Translations under genes and position numbers: made by a program | The notes under the pieces: model-generated | Told to the model about the DNA's origin: nothing | What the model saw: the letters and a program-made list of their open reading frames with translations, nothing else | The model's database searches: none | Assembly: GCA_038143065.1 (NCBI GenBank) | Contig: JAYQLI010000035.1 | Span: forward strand, 576,001 to 640,000 | Length of the DNA stretch: 64,000 nt | Direction: 5' to 3' | Source of the DNA: Rhodospirillales bacterium | GTDB lineage: Bacteria > Pseudomonadota > Alphaproteobacteria > Bin95 | In this document: one piece after another, positions 10,757 through 22,738 of the stretch | How the letters are laid out: every line of letters begins with the position of its first letter | How positions within the stretch are numbered: position 1 is the first letter of the stretch

Positions 10757-12248
10757 CTAACTTTCATAGTCTTGAGCTATCAATCTATCTAACAAACGAA
10801 CTCCAAAGCCTACCCCACCTTTTGGGGTGGTTGGTTTGGCTTGGTTGGTCCATGCAACACCCGCGATATCAAGATGCGCCCAAGGAGTGTTATTGGTAAC
10901 AAATCTTTGAATAAATTGCGCAGCCGTAATACTTCCTGCCTCTCGCCCACCCACGTTTTTCATGTCCGCAACGTTAGAAGATAACTGCTTGTCGTATGCG
11001 CTATTGAGCGGCATACGCCAAACTGTTTCACCGGATGCTTTCCCTGCACTGTCTAATTTTTGAGCTAAATCGTCATTATTTGAAAACAATCCGGCATGAG
11101 TGCTGCCGAGCGAAATGATAATCGCTCCAGTGAGGGTTGCCAGATCAATTATTGCAGAGGGATTAAATTTTTTCTGAGCATGCCAAATTGCATCAGCCAG
11201 TACGAGCCTACCCTCGGCATCAGTGTTTATCACCTCTACGGTCTGTCCTGACATCGTCTTTACAATGTCACCTGGCCGTTGAGCGTTTGCAGATGGCATA
11301 TTTTCGACAAGTCCAATTACACCGACCACATCTGCTTTAGCTTTTCTGCCGGCAATAGCAGCCATTGTGCCTACAACAGCCGCAGCTCCGCCCATGTCAT
11401 ACTTCATATCTTCCATACCGCCGGCTGGCTTTATGGAAATACCACCAGTATCAAACGTTACGCCTTTGCCCACTAAAACTAAGGGCTGCTTTACTCCTTT
11501 TCTGCCTCGCCAGCGCATAATGACCATTCTCGCAGGTCGAGCACTGCCCTGAGCTACTCCAAGCAACGCCCCCATTCCCAACTTCGCCATATTTTTATCT
11601 GTAAGAACTTGCACTTCAACACCTAACTCTCGAAGTGCAAGGCATCTAGAAGCAAAGCTCTCGGGGTATAAAATATTAGGTGGTTCCTCGAGAAGATCTC
11701 GGGCTATATGAACACCATCTGCGATTTTATCGTTACTTCGAAAAGCTTACGCGCTTCTTTATTATTTTTTAATTGCATCCTTACTGAATTAAGCGAGGCC
11801 CTGCCCTTATTATCTTCTTTCGATCTGTATTTATTAAAACGATAAGATGCCAGCTTCATACCGAAGGCTATCTCTGATGCAATTATCTCATCGGCGATAG
11901 CTGAACCCTTTGGTGGCGTGCAATCGATTGTTATTTGGCTTACACCACTATTTGATAATCGGGAGAAAAGTTCACCGCCAAGATTCTGAGCATCAAGAAC
12001 GTGGAAATCATCAGGTTTTCCAATACTCATAGCTATGAGACGTTGGTATCCCACGTCCTTCCCTGTCGGAAGGTCAATACATTCGCCTTTTTACCCGTAT
12101 TTCCAAATGCGACTAGCCCACGACTCACCGCACCATTCAGCATGTTATCAGCAGAAGCAGCCGGCCCACTTAACGTTTGGCCATCTCCAAACAGCGTGAC
12201 ATAAGCCCCAGCTTTTGGTATCGAAGGGGTAGTAAATGAAAAGCGCAT
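10757..12248 (-). CDS. pepA: Leucyl aminopeptidase, M17 family (two frameshifts)
   Basis: [40 protein letters not shown]; N-terminal part in ORFs 12033..12272 and 11704..12054. Confidence 0.93.
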
Positions 12249-12407
12249 TTTGACTCCAGCCTTAAAAATCATAACTAGTACGTTATCATAAGCTTACAAT
12301 TGGGTTTGCTCTACTGCCTGCGTCAATCTTATGCCCTTTTGTTTCATATAATTCATCGCCATCTTTCAAAAATTATCGCATACATTTCATAGGATATTCG
12401 TTCCTCT

Positions 12408-13678
12408 ATGAGACTAATGTTGAAAAAAGCCTAGTTTCCTTGATCGCAATTCTCGCCATCTGGTCTCAGGTGTGTGTTTCTGCAAAGGCTCAGCAGCTTG
12501 TTGGCCGGATAGTTGCTTCCGTTAACGATGATGCGATAACCGACTTCGATATTGATGCTCGTGCAAGATTGCTTCTTGCAGCCTCTAATGCTCAACCGAA
12601 CGCTGATTCAATTTCTCGGGCAAGCAGAAGTGCTCTTAATGAATTAATTGACGAACGTTTGAAGATTCAAGAGGCTAAGAGGCTAAATATTGGCGCCACA
12701 GATGATGAGATTAAGGCTGCTGTCCGCACGATTGAAAGAAATAACAATAAAGCGCCTGGGGGTATTTTTCAGGACCTGACCCAGTTGGGTGTACCCTTCG
12801 ATACATTTATTGAGAGAATTAAAGCCTCAGTAGTTTGGCGAAAACTCCTGCGAACACGAGTGTTACCTCAGGTTAAAGTTGCACAAGCTGAGGTAAAAGG
12901 TGCAATTGAGCGAGCTGAAAATTCCGATGGCAAAGTGCTTGTGCGAGTTGCTGAAATTTTTATTCCATACGGGGATGAAAGCGCTCGTTCCAAGGCACTG
13001 GAGAAGGCAGAAGAATTAAGAGCAAAAGCAAAAAACACGAATGCCTTCATGCAGCTTGCAAAACTACATTCGCGAGCCCCAACAGCCACAGTTGGCGGAG
13101 ACTTGGGAGAGATACAAGTAAGCGCCTTAGATAAAAAAATTGGTGTCGTTGCATTAGAGTTGCCACCTGGTTCTACTAGTCCCCCGATTGAAGTCTCCGA
13201 TGGCGTTTATGTCATTCATCTAATTTCTAAACGGAACCTATCAGAAATTAATTCAGGGCAGGAAAAAGTAACTCTTGCGCAAGCGTACACTCGTATTCCA
13301 AGGAATGCAACGATTGATGAAATAAGCAATAGTCTAAAGCAAACCGTTGGGAGCGCCGACACCTGTGATGCATTTGATGCAGCCGCGAAAGGAATTTCTT
13401 CCAATCAGCCCCCGCGAATTATCGATGCAAATATTTCTGATCTACCAGGATTTGTTCTAAAATACGTTACCGGAATGGAAATAGGGCAACAAACTCCTGC
13501 CCTACGAATTAACAGCGGTGTAGTGGTTTTGATGATGTGTGATCGTAAAGTGTCTGAACCTACATCCCAATCAGAACAGCTTATTTCAGATTCCTTGCAG
13601 TTTGAGCGCATTGAACGGCAAGCTGACTCTTACCTACGTGATCTTCGCCGTTTGGCACTTATTGAAATCAATCGGTGA
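12408..13678 (+). CDS. surA: Periplasmic chaperone/peptidyl-prolyl isomerase SurA
   Basis: RIVASVNDDAIT, LIDERLKIQEAKRL, parvulin GGDLG, C-terminal YLRDLRRLALIE. Signal peptide probably starts at ATG 12408 with an A-run slip before ORF 12440. Precedes pdxA-rsmA. Confidence 0.85.
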
Positions 13679-13688
13679 ACCAAAGAAC

Positions 13689-14705
13689 ATGACTAAACCA
13701 ATTGCTATCACAATGGGAGATCCTGCTGGTGTCGGTGGCGAGTTAACTATTTCAGCGTGGTTGGCGAAACATACTAGTTCAAACGCCTTCTATGTTTATG
13801 ACTGCCCTCGCCGACTTCATGCATTAGCTAGACATCTTAAAGTTGATTTAGCAATTGCTGAAATATCACAACCAGAAGAAGCATTTTCCTGCTTTTCTAA
13901 AGCTCTTCCTGTGCTACCGGTTACACTGCCTAGTTTACCAGTTCCAGGACAGCCCAATCCTCAACATGCTGAATTTGCCATTCAATCTATTGAGCTTGCG
14001 GTGAAAGCATGTATGTCTGGGCAAGCTGCTGGAGTAGTTACAAACCCAGTATATAAAAAAAGTTTTTATGACGCTGGATTTAAATATCCCGGACAAACCG
14101 AGTTTGTCGGTGCAATCAGTGACCCATCAGCTCTGCCTTTGATGCTTCTTGCTGGCCCATCTTTAAAGGTTGTGCCATTAACAACCCACTTACCATTGAG
14201 TGACGCAGTGAAGTCTGTAACGTCAGACCGAATAATTACTGTATGCACCGCAATGGCAAAATCTCTTGCTCAAGATTTTGGATTTTCTCCACCAAGGATC
14301 GCTATAAGTGGCTTAAATCCGCACGCAGGTGAAGAAGGCAAAATGGGTACGGAAGAAGTTGAGATTATCGAGCCAGCAATCAAAGCATTAAATGGCCGCG
14401 GGCTATCTGTCGTGGGACCATTAAGTCCTGACTCTATGTTTCATAACGAAGCACGAGAAAGCTATGATGCCGCGCTTTGCATGTATCATGATCAAGCTTT
14501 AATTCCTTTAAAGACATTAGACTTTTACTCCGGTGTGAACATAACATTGGGATTGCCGATAGTTAGGACATCGCCTGACCACGGGACAGCATTCAATATT
14601 GCGGGAACCGGTAGTGTAGATTCTTCAAGTTTCCTAGCTGCTATAGAATTTGCGGAAGCAATTTCAGGCCGCCGAAACGCAACCAAGTCCAATGCCATTA
14701 GCTAA
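13689..14705 (+). CDS. pdxA: 4-hydroxythreonine-4-phosphate dehydrogenase
   Basis: TMGDPAGVG, GLNPHAGE, MYHDQAL, RTSPDHGTA. Confidence 0.95.
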   Translation: MTKPIAITMGDPAGVGGELTISAWLAKHTSSNAFYVYDCPRRLHALARHLKVDLAIAEISQPEEAFSCFSKALPVLPVTLPSLPVPGQPNPQHAEFAIQSIELAVKACMSGQAAGVVTNPVYKKSFYDAGFKYPGQTEFVGAISDPSALPLMLLAGPSLKVVPLTTHLPLSDAVKSVTSDRIITVCTAMAKSLAQDFGFSPPRIAISGLNPHAGEEGKMGTEEVEIIEPAIKALNGRGLSVVGPLSPDSMFHNEARESYDAALCMYHDQALIPLKTLDFYSGVNITLGLPIVRTSPDHGTAFNIAGTGSVDSSSFLAAIEFAEAISGRRNATKSNAIS

Positions 14706-15522
14706 TTTACCGCCAATCCGCGAAGTAATTCGTGCCCATGGTCTTTCTGCTGACAAACGATTTGGACAGCACTTTCTGACTGATCCTAATATCCTGACTC
14801 GGATTGCGGCAGCAGCAGAACCTTTAAATCAAGGGACAATTATTGAGATAGGCCCAGGACCAGGAGGGCTGACGCGCGCACTGCTAGAACGAGGTGCGTC
14901 TAGGCTAATAGTAATTGAAATAGATCCAAGATGCGCTGCAATAGCTAGAGAGATTGCGGAAGAAGAACCTCGTTTAACCGTAATTGAAGGTGATGCATTA
15001 GAAATTGATGTGAAAGATCTTGGTCCGTCTCCAAGGAAAATTGTTGCAAACTTACCGTACAATATTGCAACACCTCTGCTTATAAAATGGCTGCGCACGT
15101 CGGCATATCATTCTGATGCAATAAATCTCATGACGCTTATGTTTCAGCGAGAGGTTGCCGATCGTCTGCTGGCAAAACCTGGCCAAAAGACTTACGGACG
15201 TCTTTCTGTTCTTACACAATGGCGCACGATCGCAAATAAGGTGATGGACTTACCAGCAGGTGCCTTTACGCCCCCTCCTAAGGTGCGTTCTTCGGTTATA
15301 AACTTAAATCCTTTACCTGCTTTGGATGACCCGGATTTATTCCAAGCAATGGAGAGAACAACTGCTGCAGCGTTTGGTCAGCGTCGAAAAATGCTGAGGC
15401 AATCATTAAAAGCCATTAGAAACTCTGAAGAAGTCTTAAAAATTGCGTGTTTAGACGGTTCCAGGCGAGCTGAGACCTTATCTACTGCGGAGTTCGTAGC
15501 TTTAGCGACTGCGGCTGGATAA
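14692..15522 (+). CDS. rsmA: 16S rRNA m6,2A1518/1519 dimethyltransferase
   Basis: KRFGQHFL, EIGPGPGGLT, ANLPYNI, FQREVA, AFGQRRKML. Confidence 0.96.
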   Translation: MPLANLPPIREVIRAHGLSADKRFGQHFLTDPNILTRIAAAAEPLNQGTIIEIGPGPGGLTRALLERGASRLIVIEIDPRCAAIAREIAEEEPRLTVIEGDALEIDVKDLGPSPRKIVANLPYNIATPLLIKWLRTSAYHSDAINLMTLMFQREVADRLLAKPGQKTYGRLSVLTQWRTIANKVMDLPAGAFTPPPKVRSSVINLNPLPALDDPDLFQAMERTTAAAFGQRRKMLRQSLKAIRNSEEVLKIACLDGSRRAETLSTAEFVALATAAG

Positions 15523-16038
15523 CTCCAAACCTTCTTCTCTAATCCGCCTTATCGCCTTATTAGCTGCCTCTTTACCGTAACGCTGACCTATTAATTTACC
15601 TTTATCAATTCCAATTGAAGCTATTGAGCGCATTTGAATTAGCGCTTTTTGTCCAAGAGAGCTTTCATAAAAACTTGATATTTCATTAAGTTCTAAGGTG
15701 GAAAAGCGATCTTTGTAAAGCTCAATTGTGGCATCCAGCATGGCATTCACGACCTTTGGCATAACTGCTTCAAATTCTTCATCTAAAATATCAAAAGCTC
15801 TTCCAGGCATGCCGGGATTGCTCTGCTGTAACTGGCCCATAACACCGGCTATTTCGCTATGATACAGTCCAAAGGCAGTTTCTCTAAAATAAGTAGCAGC
15901 TGCTAAGAGAGCTGCTGCAGCATGATGTAATTGCTCAGCAGTTTCTGTATCTATGCGAAGAGACTGTGAACTTACCGCACCACTGAAAACCAGAAAAAAA
16001 CTGAAAAAAACAAAAACCTTTGATGGGAAGAATTTCAT
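15502..16038 (-). CDS. Exported protein, DUF2059-like
   Basis: Signal peptide; LYKDRFSTLELNEISSFYESSLGQK resembles the DUF2059 core. Confidence 0.65.
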   Translation of the reverse strand: MKFFPSKVFVFFSFFLVFSGAVSSQSLRIDTETAEQLHHAAAALLAAATYFRETAFGLYHSEIAGVMGQLQQSNPGMPGRAFDILDEEFEAVMPKVVNAMLDATIELYKDRFSTLELNEISSFYESSLGQKALIQMRSIASIGIDKGKLIGQRYGKEAANKAIRRIREEGLELSSRSR

Positions 16039-16479
16039 TCAACAATCTCTTAGCAATATTGAGGAGAGTCCTTCTCTTATATTTGAAGGAAGCGCTGTTG
16101 GTCTTATTGTTACCCGATCGACAAAAACGTGCACAAAAAAACCCTGGGCTGAGGGTTTTAAATCATTATCGGCAAATAAACCCACTTCGTAACGAACACT
16201 TGATGTCCCTAGATGAGCTACTCTTAACCCACAATTAATAATTGACGGAAATGTAACAGGCCTAAAATATTGACAGCCACTTTCAACAACAAGCCCGATA
16301 GCCGCGGCATGATCCTTGTCGTGCGAGCATTCAGTCACCAAGAAGCCTGTTAAGCAGCTATCGATAAACCCATAAAATGCCATATTGTTGACATGTCCGT
16401 AGGAGTCCATGTCAGCCCAACGCGTTTGAATTTGCATGAAGTATGTTAAATCCGAACGGCTGAGAGGTTCGCCTGACAT
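16039..16479 (-). CDS. Acyl-CoA thioesterase (4HBT/YbgC hot-dog fold)
   Basis: TRWADMDSYGHVNN, GLVVESGCQY, LGTSSVRY. Confidence 0.88.
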   Translation of the reverse strand: MSGEPLSRSDLTYFMQIQTRWADMDSYGHVNNMAFYGFIDSCLTGFLVTECSHDKDHAAAIGLVVESGCQYFRPVTFPSIINCGLRVAHLGTSSVRYEVGLFADNDLKPSAQGFFVHVFVDRVTIRPTALPSNIREGLSSILLRDC

Positions 16480-16590
16480 ACCTGCTCCTTAAAATAGGTT
16501 AAATTGCTGAAAAATTGCCAAATGCAAATGGACTCTCAATAGCTTTTTGTTATCGTTAAATAATCAAAAATATTATAATTTCTGATACAA

Positions 16591-16781
16591 TTAAGTCTTA
16601 TTTAAAAATAATGACTCAGCGGCATTTAGATCACCTTTTTTCGATCTATTTCCAGCTTAACACGCCCAATTTCGGCTTCTAAGTTTTGCATTAGTTCTTC
16701 TAAATCAACTACAGAGTATGATTCTAAATTTTCACCTATTCGATACCGTAAATCTGGCCTGGGCTCATCTTCTTCAAACAT
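16591..16781 (-). CDS. DUF1192 family small protein (A-run frameshift near the C-terminus)
   Basis: MFEEDEPR..IGENLESYSVVDLEE..LEAEIGRV; the other frame ends ..NAAESLF. Confidence 0.7.
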
Positions 16782-16816
16782 TAAATATCTCCATCTGCGC
16801 AGCAAAGATAACAAGG

Positions 16817-18709
16817 CTAGACGATATTTTTAACCCTTCGCATATCTCCATCACGAACCGTTCGTCCGATCCGGTCTGTATATTCTAGTACTTCAATGGC
16901 AACGTTACGCCCAATGCCTGCTTCATCCTTAAAACTCTGAGCTGTAAAACTTCCATCAATATTTTTAGAGGCAACCTTAGCGGCAATTTTTACTAGCTCA
17001 TCGATTGCCTCATGAGGGAAGAAACGATTATTTGCCACAGGCGCGACTAGCCCCATCCGTGCTGCTCGTTTCAGCAATGCTTCAATTGGCTTGTGATCAA
17101 CACCAATCAAATCTGCCAACTCTCTAACACGTGGAGGACGCAAATTGCCTTCCTTTAGCAGTGGCTCAACCTTATTCCATAACTTTCTTTCTTGATCCGA
17201 AAATTGCACTGTATGCGTTTTTAACGCCAGGCGCCCGCCTGCGCGAGTAATATTACCCGCACTTGCCATACTATCGATGACTGCCCCAAAAAGGCGTGTA
17301 TCAGGGATATCCGCTAGTGTTTGTCGTAATGCTGGGGCTGGAGCGCCAACATCTTCCGGACGTAACTTGTGCCATTGCTCTAAACTAGAGAGAATTTGTT
17401 GTTGAAGATTAAAAACAACTTTTGGGGATGCTAAGATAGCCCCAATGCCTTCTCCAAGCTGAATATGCGAAACTGCCTTTAAAACTTTAGCCTTCATCGC
17501 ATCTGACAGATTGTATGACTTTGAAAACGTTAGCCAATCAACAACAGAGCCATTTCCCAAAATATTTGAAAGTGCGAGGTCGGGATCAGCAGTATTTAAA
17601 GCCGTAAACCTACCTTTTACCCTCCAGCGTCGATAAGGGGGAGCTGGATCAAGGATGCGCCCACCACCAAGTGTTGATTTGGCCTGTTGGTCTCTAATGA
17701 CAAAACGTTCCCAACAAACTGCTGGTATAGTTTTTTCAAGGATGACACGTGCAAATGCTGACTGACCTGGTTCTAGATTTCGGTGCTCAAGCAGTAAGAT
17801 ACGACCTGGAATGTCAGCAGATCCATGATGGAAATGTACTTTTTGTCCATCCTGAAAACCTTTGCCATCCAGGGCTTTAGCTGCAGCTGTTACGTTGACA
17901 TCTAATCTGGAAGTGCTCAGTAGCGCCTCTTCCGCAACTAACCAATCACCACGGCTAATATCTTCAAGTGAGACACCGCTTATATTGATTGCCAAACGTT
18001 CACCGTCTCTTCCAGCATGACTTTCAAGATTTTGTGCATGTATTCCGCGCACACGAACTTGTTTTCCTGAAGGCGCTATACAAATCTTGTCACCAATCTT
18101 AACTGCGCCCGCATACGCTGACCCCGTAACTATCAACCCAACTCCCCGCATTTGGAAAACACGGTCAACAGCTAGTCTAAAACGCCCTTCTGCCGGAGGC
18201 CGAATTAACGATTTTGCTGTTTGGTGAAGGTGCACACGTAAGGCTTCGATCCCGTCTCCGCTTATACTGGAGACCGGAAATACTGGAGAATTTTCTAAAG
18301 GCCCTCCCACCGTGAGGTTCTTTATATCTTCAATTACTCGATCAATACGCTCTTTGTTAGCTAAATCAGTTTTGTTAATCACAATAGCACCGACTGGTGC
18401 ATCGAGAAGATTTAGTATTGCTAAATGTTCGCGAGTTTGGGGCATTACCCCATCGTCGGCGGCGATAACTAATAGGGCCATATCTACGCCGGTGACACCT
18501 GCTAACATGGCTCTAACAAATCGTTCGTGTCCAGGGACGTCAATAAAACCAATACGTGTTGCTGAAGGTCCGGTCATGTAAGCAAAACCAAGATCAATGG
18601 TCATGCCTCTTCGCTTTTCCTCTGGCAAGCGATCAGCATCAACACCAGTCAGTGCCCGCACAAGTGATGTTTTGCCGTGGTCAATATGCCCTGCAGTGGC
18701 GACAATCAT
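16817..18709 (-). CDS. selB: Selenocysteine-specific translation elongation factor
   Basis: [41 protein letters not shown]; long C-terminus ending in the SECIS-binding winged helix ([16 protein letters not shown]). Confidence 0.96.
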   Translation of the reverse strand: MIVATAGHIDHGKTSLVRALTGVDADRLPEEKRRGMTIDLGFAYMTGPSATRIGFIDVPGHERFVRAMLAGVTGVDMALLVIAADDGVMPQTREHLAILNLLDAPVGAIVINKTDLANKERIDRVIEDIKNLTVGGPLENSPVFPVSSISGDGIEALRVHLHQTAKSLIRPPAEGRFRLAVDRVFQMRGVGLIVTGSAYAGAVKIGDKICIAPSGKQVRVRGIHAQNLESHAGRDGERLAINISGVSLEDISRGDWLVAEEALLSTSRLDVNVTAAAKALDGKGFQDGQKVHFHHGSADIPGRILLLEHRNLEPGQSAFARVILEKTIPAVCWERFVIRDQQAKSTLGGGRILDPAPPYRRWRVKGRFTALNTADPDLALSNILGNGSVVDWLTFSKSYNLSDAMKAKVLKAVSHIQLGEGIGAILASPKVVFNLQQQILSSLEQWHKLRPEDVGAPAPALRQTLADIPDTRLFGAVIDSMASAGNITRAGGRLALKTHTVQFSDQERKLWNKVEPLLKEGNLRPPRVRELADLIGVDHKPIEALLKRAARMGLVAPVANNRFFPHEAIDELVKIAAKVASKNIDGSFTAQSFKDEAGIGRNVAIEVLEYTDRIGRTVRDGDMRRVKNIV

Positions 18710-20094
18710 TTAAAATTGGACCTATCGACATTGGCTTTAATTGCAGAAACGTTGTCCAAACATCTACAATCCAGCCAAAATTTTTTCTTCGTGAATTCTA
18801 CCGATTACTGGGGTAGGCAAATTTCGAAATTGCAACGCAAGTTTTTTAAGCTTTCCACCCGAAGCTTTTTTGAAGAATTTCTGTGTTGAAAGGTCACCGC
18901 AAAGCTATCTAAAACGTCAACAGGTAGTGCTCCGGATCCTATCTGACTCTTGCATGATGCTACTTCTACTTTCCACTCTGGAACATATGAACTTAAAACC
19001 GCAGCTAATGTTTCTGCAATTTCCCTAATTTCGGGCCCTTTACGAGATAAATACCGAAATGTTGGCAAGTTTTCTGCCAATGTCTCATCATTATCATACA
19101 AAGCTAATGTTGCTTCCAACGCTGCCAAAGTAATTTTATCTAATCGAATTGCGCGCTTGAGTGGATTTCTCGAAATTTTTGCAACTAGGTCTTTTCTGCC
19201 TACAATTAGGCCAGCTTGTGGTCCCCCCATTAATTTATCGCCAGAGAAACTGACAATATCAGCGCCATCCAATAATGCCTCTTGAACTGTACGCTCATAA
19301 GGAAGTCCCCAACGCCGCAGATCAACTAAAGCACCAGCTCCTAGTTCATCGTAAAAAGGTATTCCATGCTTATGCGCTAGGGCAGCTAGATCTTTCTCGG
19401 CAACGGATGAAGTGAAACCTTGGATAGCAAAATTAGATGGTCTAACTCTTACTATAATACCTGTTTTATTTGATATGGCATTTGCATAATCACTGAGATG
19501 TGTTCGATTTGTAGCCCCAACTTCACGCAATTTAACTCCGGCTCTTGCCATAACTTCCGGCATTCTGAATGAACCGCCAATCTCCACCAATTCTCCTCGT
19601 GAGATGATAGCTTCCTTACCCCTACTTAAAGAATTTAGAACTGCCATCACCGCTGCTGCATTATTATTTACGGCTATACCAGCCTCAGCTCCAGTAAGGC
19701 GCATTAGCCAGGTTACGACATGACTATCCCTCTCTCCCCTGGCACCACGCTTCAAATCATATTCTAGATTTATAAAACCGGCGGCATTATTCATTGCCGA
19801 CAGAGCAGCATCAGGTAATGGGGCCCTACCCAAATTTGTATGAAGAACAGAACCGGTCAAATTGATGACTGGTTTGATAGATTTAACTTTTCGCTTCGCC
19901 AGAGCTAAAGCTGCAGAGCCAAATATTTGTTCTTCATTCCCCTCGTTATTAGTCCGACAAAAATCCACCGCGGCGCGCAGCTCTTCTGTTGCAGCCTTCC
20001 TGCCGTAAACGGTTATTAGATCCTGCCCCTCTGTGGCGCGAAGGAGCGCATCAATACTTGGAGGCTGCCATGAATGTAGTGCAGGTTTGCTCAT
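18706..20094 (-). CDS. selA: L-seryl-tRNA(Sec) selenium transferase (C-terminal frameshifts)
   Basis: [49 protein letters not shown] (PLP lysine). Restored stop overlaps the selB start (ATGA). Confidence 0.95.
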
Positions 20095-20214
20095 AAGCTA
20101 GATCACACAGAGAGGTTAGGTAAAGAATATCTAGAAGTTAAATTTCGAGAAGTTAAAACTATCCCGTTTGGTGCATCATATTTTCTAGGATTAATCGTTT
20201 TGATCAAAATGTCC

Positions 20215-21508
20215 TCAACCAATTGCATCTCTAACTCGATAGTAGGCAGCAACTATTGATAAAAACCATGGATTTCCGCTGTACATGGGCATTGTCGGAA
20301 AATTCATTCCATCTAATGCTGTAGAAGCAGTAGGATCATTTAGCATTCGAAGACCCAATTTATGACCAAGATACGTGCTCATTGCCACACCCGATCCGAG
20401 ATATCCGCATGCGTAATGAACACCATCTATCATGCCAATGTGCGGCAGCTTATCAAAAGTAAAGCCAAGTTTTCCGCCCCAAGCATGTGTAATTTTTGTT
20501 TTCTCTAGTTCTGGCCACACCTTCAACATAAAGTTGCGCAGATAAGGAGCAGCATCGCTGGCCTCAGAGTTTTTCAGGAGTGGCCTGCCACCCATAAGTA
20601 TCCGCCGCCCGTCATGACTTGCTCGGTAATAATGAACCGTCCGCTTCGTATCAATAATCATATTTCCTCGCGGAATAAGCCGATTGACTTGTGCTTCCGG
20701 CAATTCTTCAGTTGCAATAATTTGACTAGCTACGGGAATTATACGGTTAGTAAGCTTAGGTAATACGCCATCAGTATAACCATTTGCTCCAATAGCAACC
20801 TGCCCTGCCCTCATGACCCCCCGCGCGGTTCTAACAAGAATAGCTTTTCCTTCTCGGCTCAAAGAAGTCACGGATGTTCCATCAATTATTACACCACCAG
20901 CAGTTTTAACTCTCTAGAAGGCCTTGATGAAATTTAGCTGGGTGAATAACTCCATCTCTAACATTAAAGCGACCACCATAATAAAAGCTTGAGCCGATAT
21001 GCTCCGACTGCTGCGAGGCTTCAATTATTTTCACCTCGGCCCCCAGCCTAGAATGCAGGGTATCTGCTTCTGCCTTGAGATAATCTAATTTATTCGGCTT
21101 GTGAGCGCCCACATATCTACCAGACCGAGTGAAATTTGCTTGAATTTGCTCCCGCTCGAGCAAAGCCTCCAAGTAATCAACGCTTGCTTTTCCTTCAAGC
21201 CACAATTGTTTTGCTCGGTCAATTCCAAGCATTTTTTCAGTGTTTTGATACGATAGTTTAAATGGAAAGTTTCCTACACCTCCTCCGTTGCGAGAGCTTG
21301 CGCCATGGCCTGCTTCTGCAGCTTCAAATACAACTACTGATTTTCCACCCCTTAGTGCAGTCAGAGCAGCAGATAATCCAGTATATCCAGATCCAACGAT
21401 AGCTACATCCGCCTCTTTTGGGATTGGTCTGGGTTCACTCTTCCAAAGTGGAAATTCTTCCCACCAAAATGGCTGGTAAGTGGTTCCTGTGAGAGGGTCC
21501 TCAGACAT
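20215..21508 (-). CDS. FAD-dependent amine oxidoreductase (DadA/PuuB-like); frameshift near 20910
   Basis: VAIVGSGYTGLSAA, GASSRNGG, HPAKF, ANGYT, HAWGGKLGFTFDKLPHIG. Confidence 0.85.
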
Positions 21509-21511
21509 TAA

Positions 21512-21982
21512 TTAATCTTCCAACCCCTTCATTAAGCGCAGGGGATTATACTCAAGGACACAATCACCTCTTTGTGTGACTACCCTATTAAGAGTTCTCA
21601 CAAGACCTCTTCCGCCACGACTAGCAGCACGACTTTCAATAACCTCAATTTCAACATGGATCGTATCGTCTACTAACGTTGGGCCCTTAATATCTAAAGT
21701 CATACCCAAAAAAGCAAAACCTGTTTTTTGCAACGTTGACTGCATAACAAGCCCTTCTGCTACTGAAAATACGAGAGCACCGGGAACTATGCGCTTACCC
21801 GTAGGTGAGTCATGTTCGATGTACTCGAGATTATTAAAAAGGACTTCCTGCATTCCTGTTACACCAATGAATGAAATCAAATCACTTTCAAAGAGTGTAC
21901 GTCCTATTGTCTTGAGTTTACGTCCCACGGGCAATTCCTGCCAATAGAACCCCGTTCCAAGTTCCTCGAAATCGCCACCCAC
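21512..21982 (-). CDS. MaoC-family dehydratase
   Basis: GFYWQELPVG..GRTLFESD, RIVPGALVFS, GPTLVDDTIHV. Confidence 0.8.
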   Translation of the reverse strand: MGGDFEELGTGFYWQELPVGRKLKTIGRTLFESDLISFIGVTGMQEVLFNNLEYIEHDSPTGKRIVPGALVFSVAEGLVMQSTLQKTGFAFLGMTLDIKGPTLVDDTIHVEIEVIESRAASRGGRGLVRTLNRVVTQRGDCVLEYNPLRLMKGLED

Positions 21983-22055
21983 AGGAAAATCTCCTCTTCC
22001 ACTGTTTTTTAACTCTATCGTCTATTACTCTAAGAAAAACATAGTGTCATAGAAT

Positions 22056-22250
22056 ATGATCCCGAGACCACCACCTCTTCCCAGAATAAAAAGTCCTTGC
22101 GTGAAGGTGTGTAGGCTTGATTCCAATACTCAATTCTGTGAGGGATGTGGGCGAACTTCAGATGAGGTGGCGCGATGGATTAGGATGACTGAAGCTGAAC
22201 GAGACGCTATCTTAGCAACTCTTCCGCAACGGCTGGTCAGTATCCGGTAG
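22056..22250 (+). CDS. DUF1289 family small Cys-rich protein
   Basis: SPCVKVC..CEGCGRTSDEVARW signature. Confidence 0.85.
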   Translation: MIPRPPPLPRIKSPCVKVCRLDSNTQFCEGCGRTSDEVARWIRMTEAERDAILATLPQRLVSIR

Positions 22251-22708
22251 TTATTTCAAGTAAAATTCCATCTGGATCACGAAAATAAACCGAACCCTTT
22301 GTTGTAGTCCCGTTTTAGATCATAACTAATCCCTTTAGCTTCAAGGGTTCTAATAATTCTCGCAAGTTGGGTTGAGCTAGCCTTCATAGCCAAATGATGC
22401 ATTGACCCAACACCCCTGACTGTCTTGGCTGGACCTTTTTTCGGAAAATCAAAAAATGCCAAAAAATTCTTACCACCCATGTCTAGAAAGATATGAGTCG
22501 AACTCGGCTCATCTCTATTTGGTAAAATTTTATTGAGCGTCATACCCACAATGTTTGTATAAAATTCAATGGTTTGTTCAATGTCTGAACAAATGAGAGC
22601 TAGATGGTCAACACCACCAGTTTGCACTGAAGAAGATCCGGCAGGTTGATTGGTTGGGTGAAATTTTTGAACTAAAGCAGCTCTTTTCAATTCATAATCA
22701 ATTTTCAT
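22237..22708 (-). CDS. VOC/glyoxalase family protein (frameshift near 22297)
   Basis: GVDHLALIC, MHHLA; restored C-terminus SVYFRDPDGILLEITTGY*. Confidence 0.85.
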
Positions 22709-22738
22709 TGCACTACTCGCCGAAGAGTTTTCATACTT

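Noticed and set aside
22237-22239. TGA ending the VOC gene near selAB as a possible Sec codon
   Set aside because: The domain is already complete at this point, the position is not a Cys-equivalent site, and I saw no convincing SECIS.
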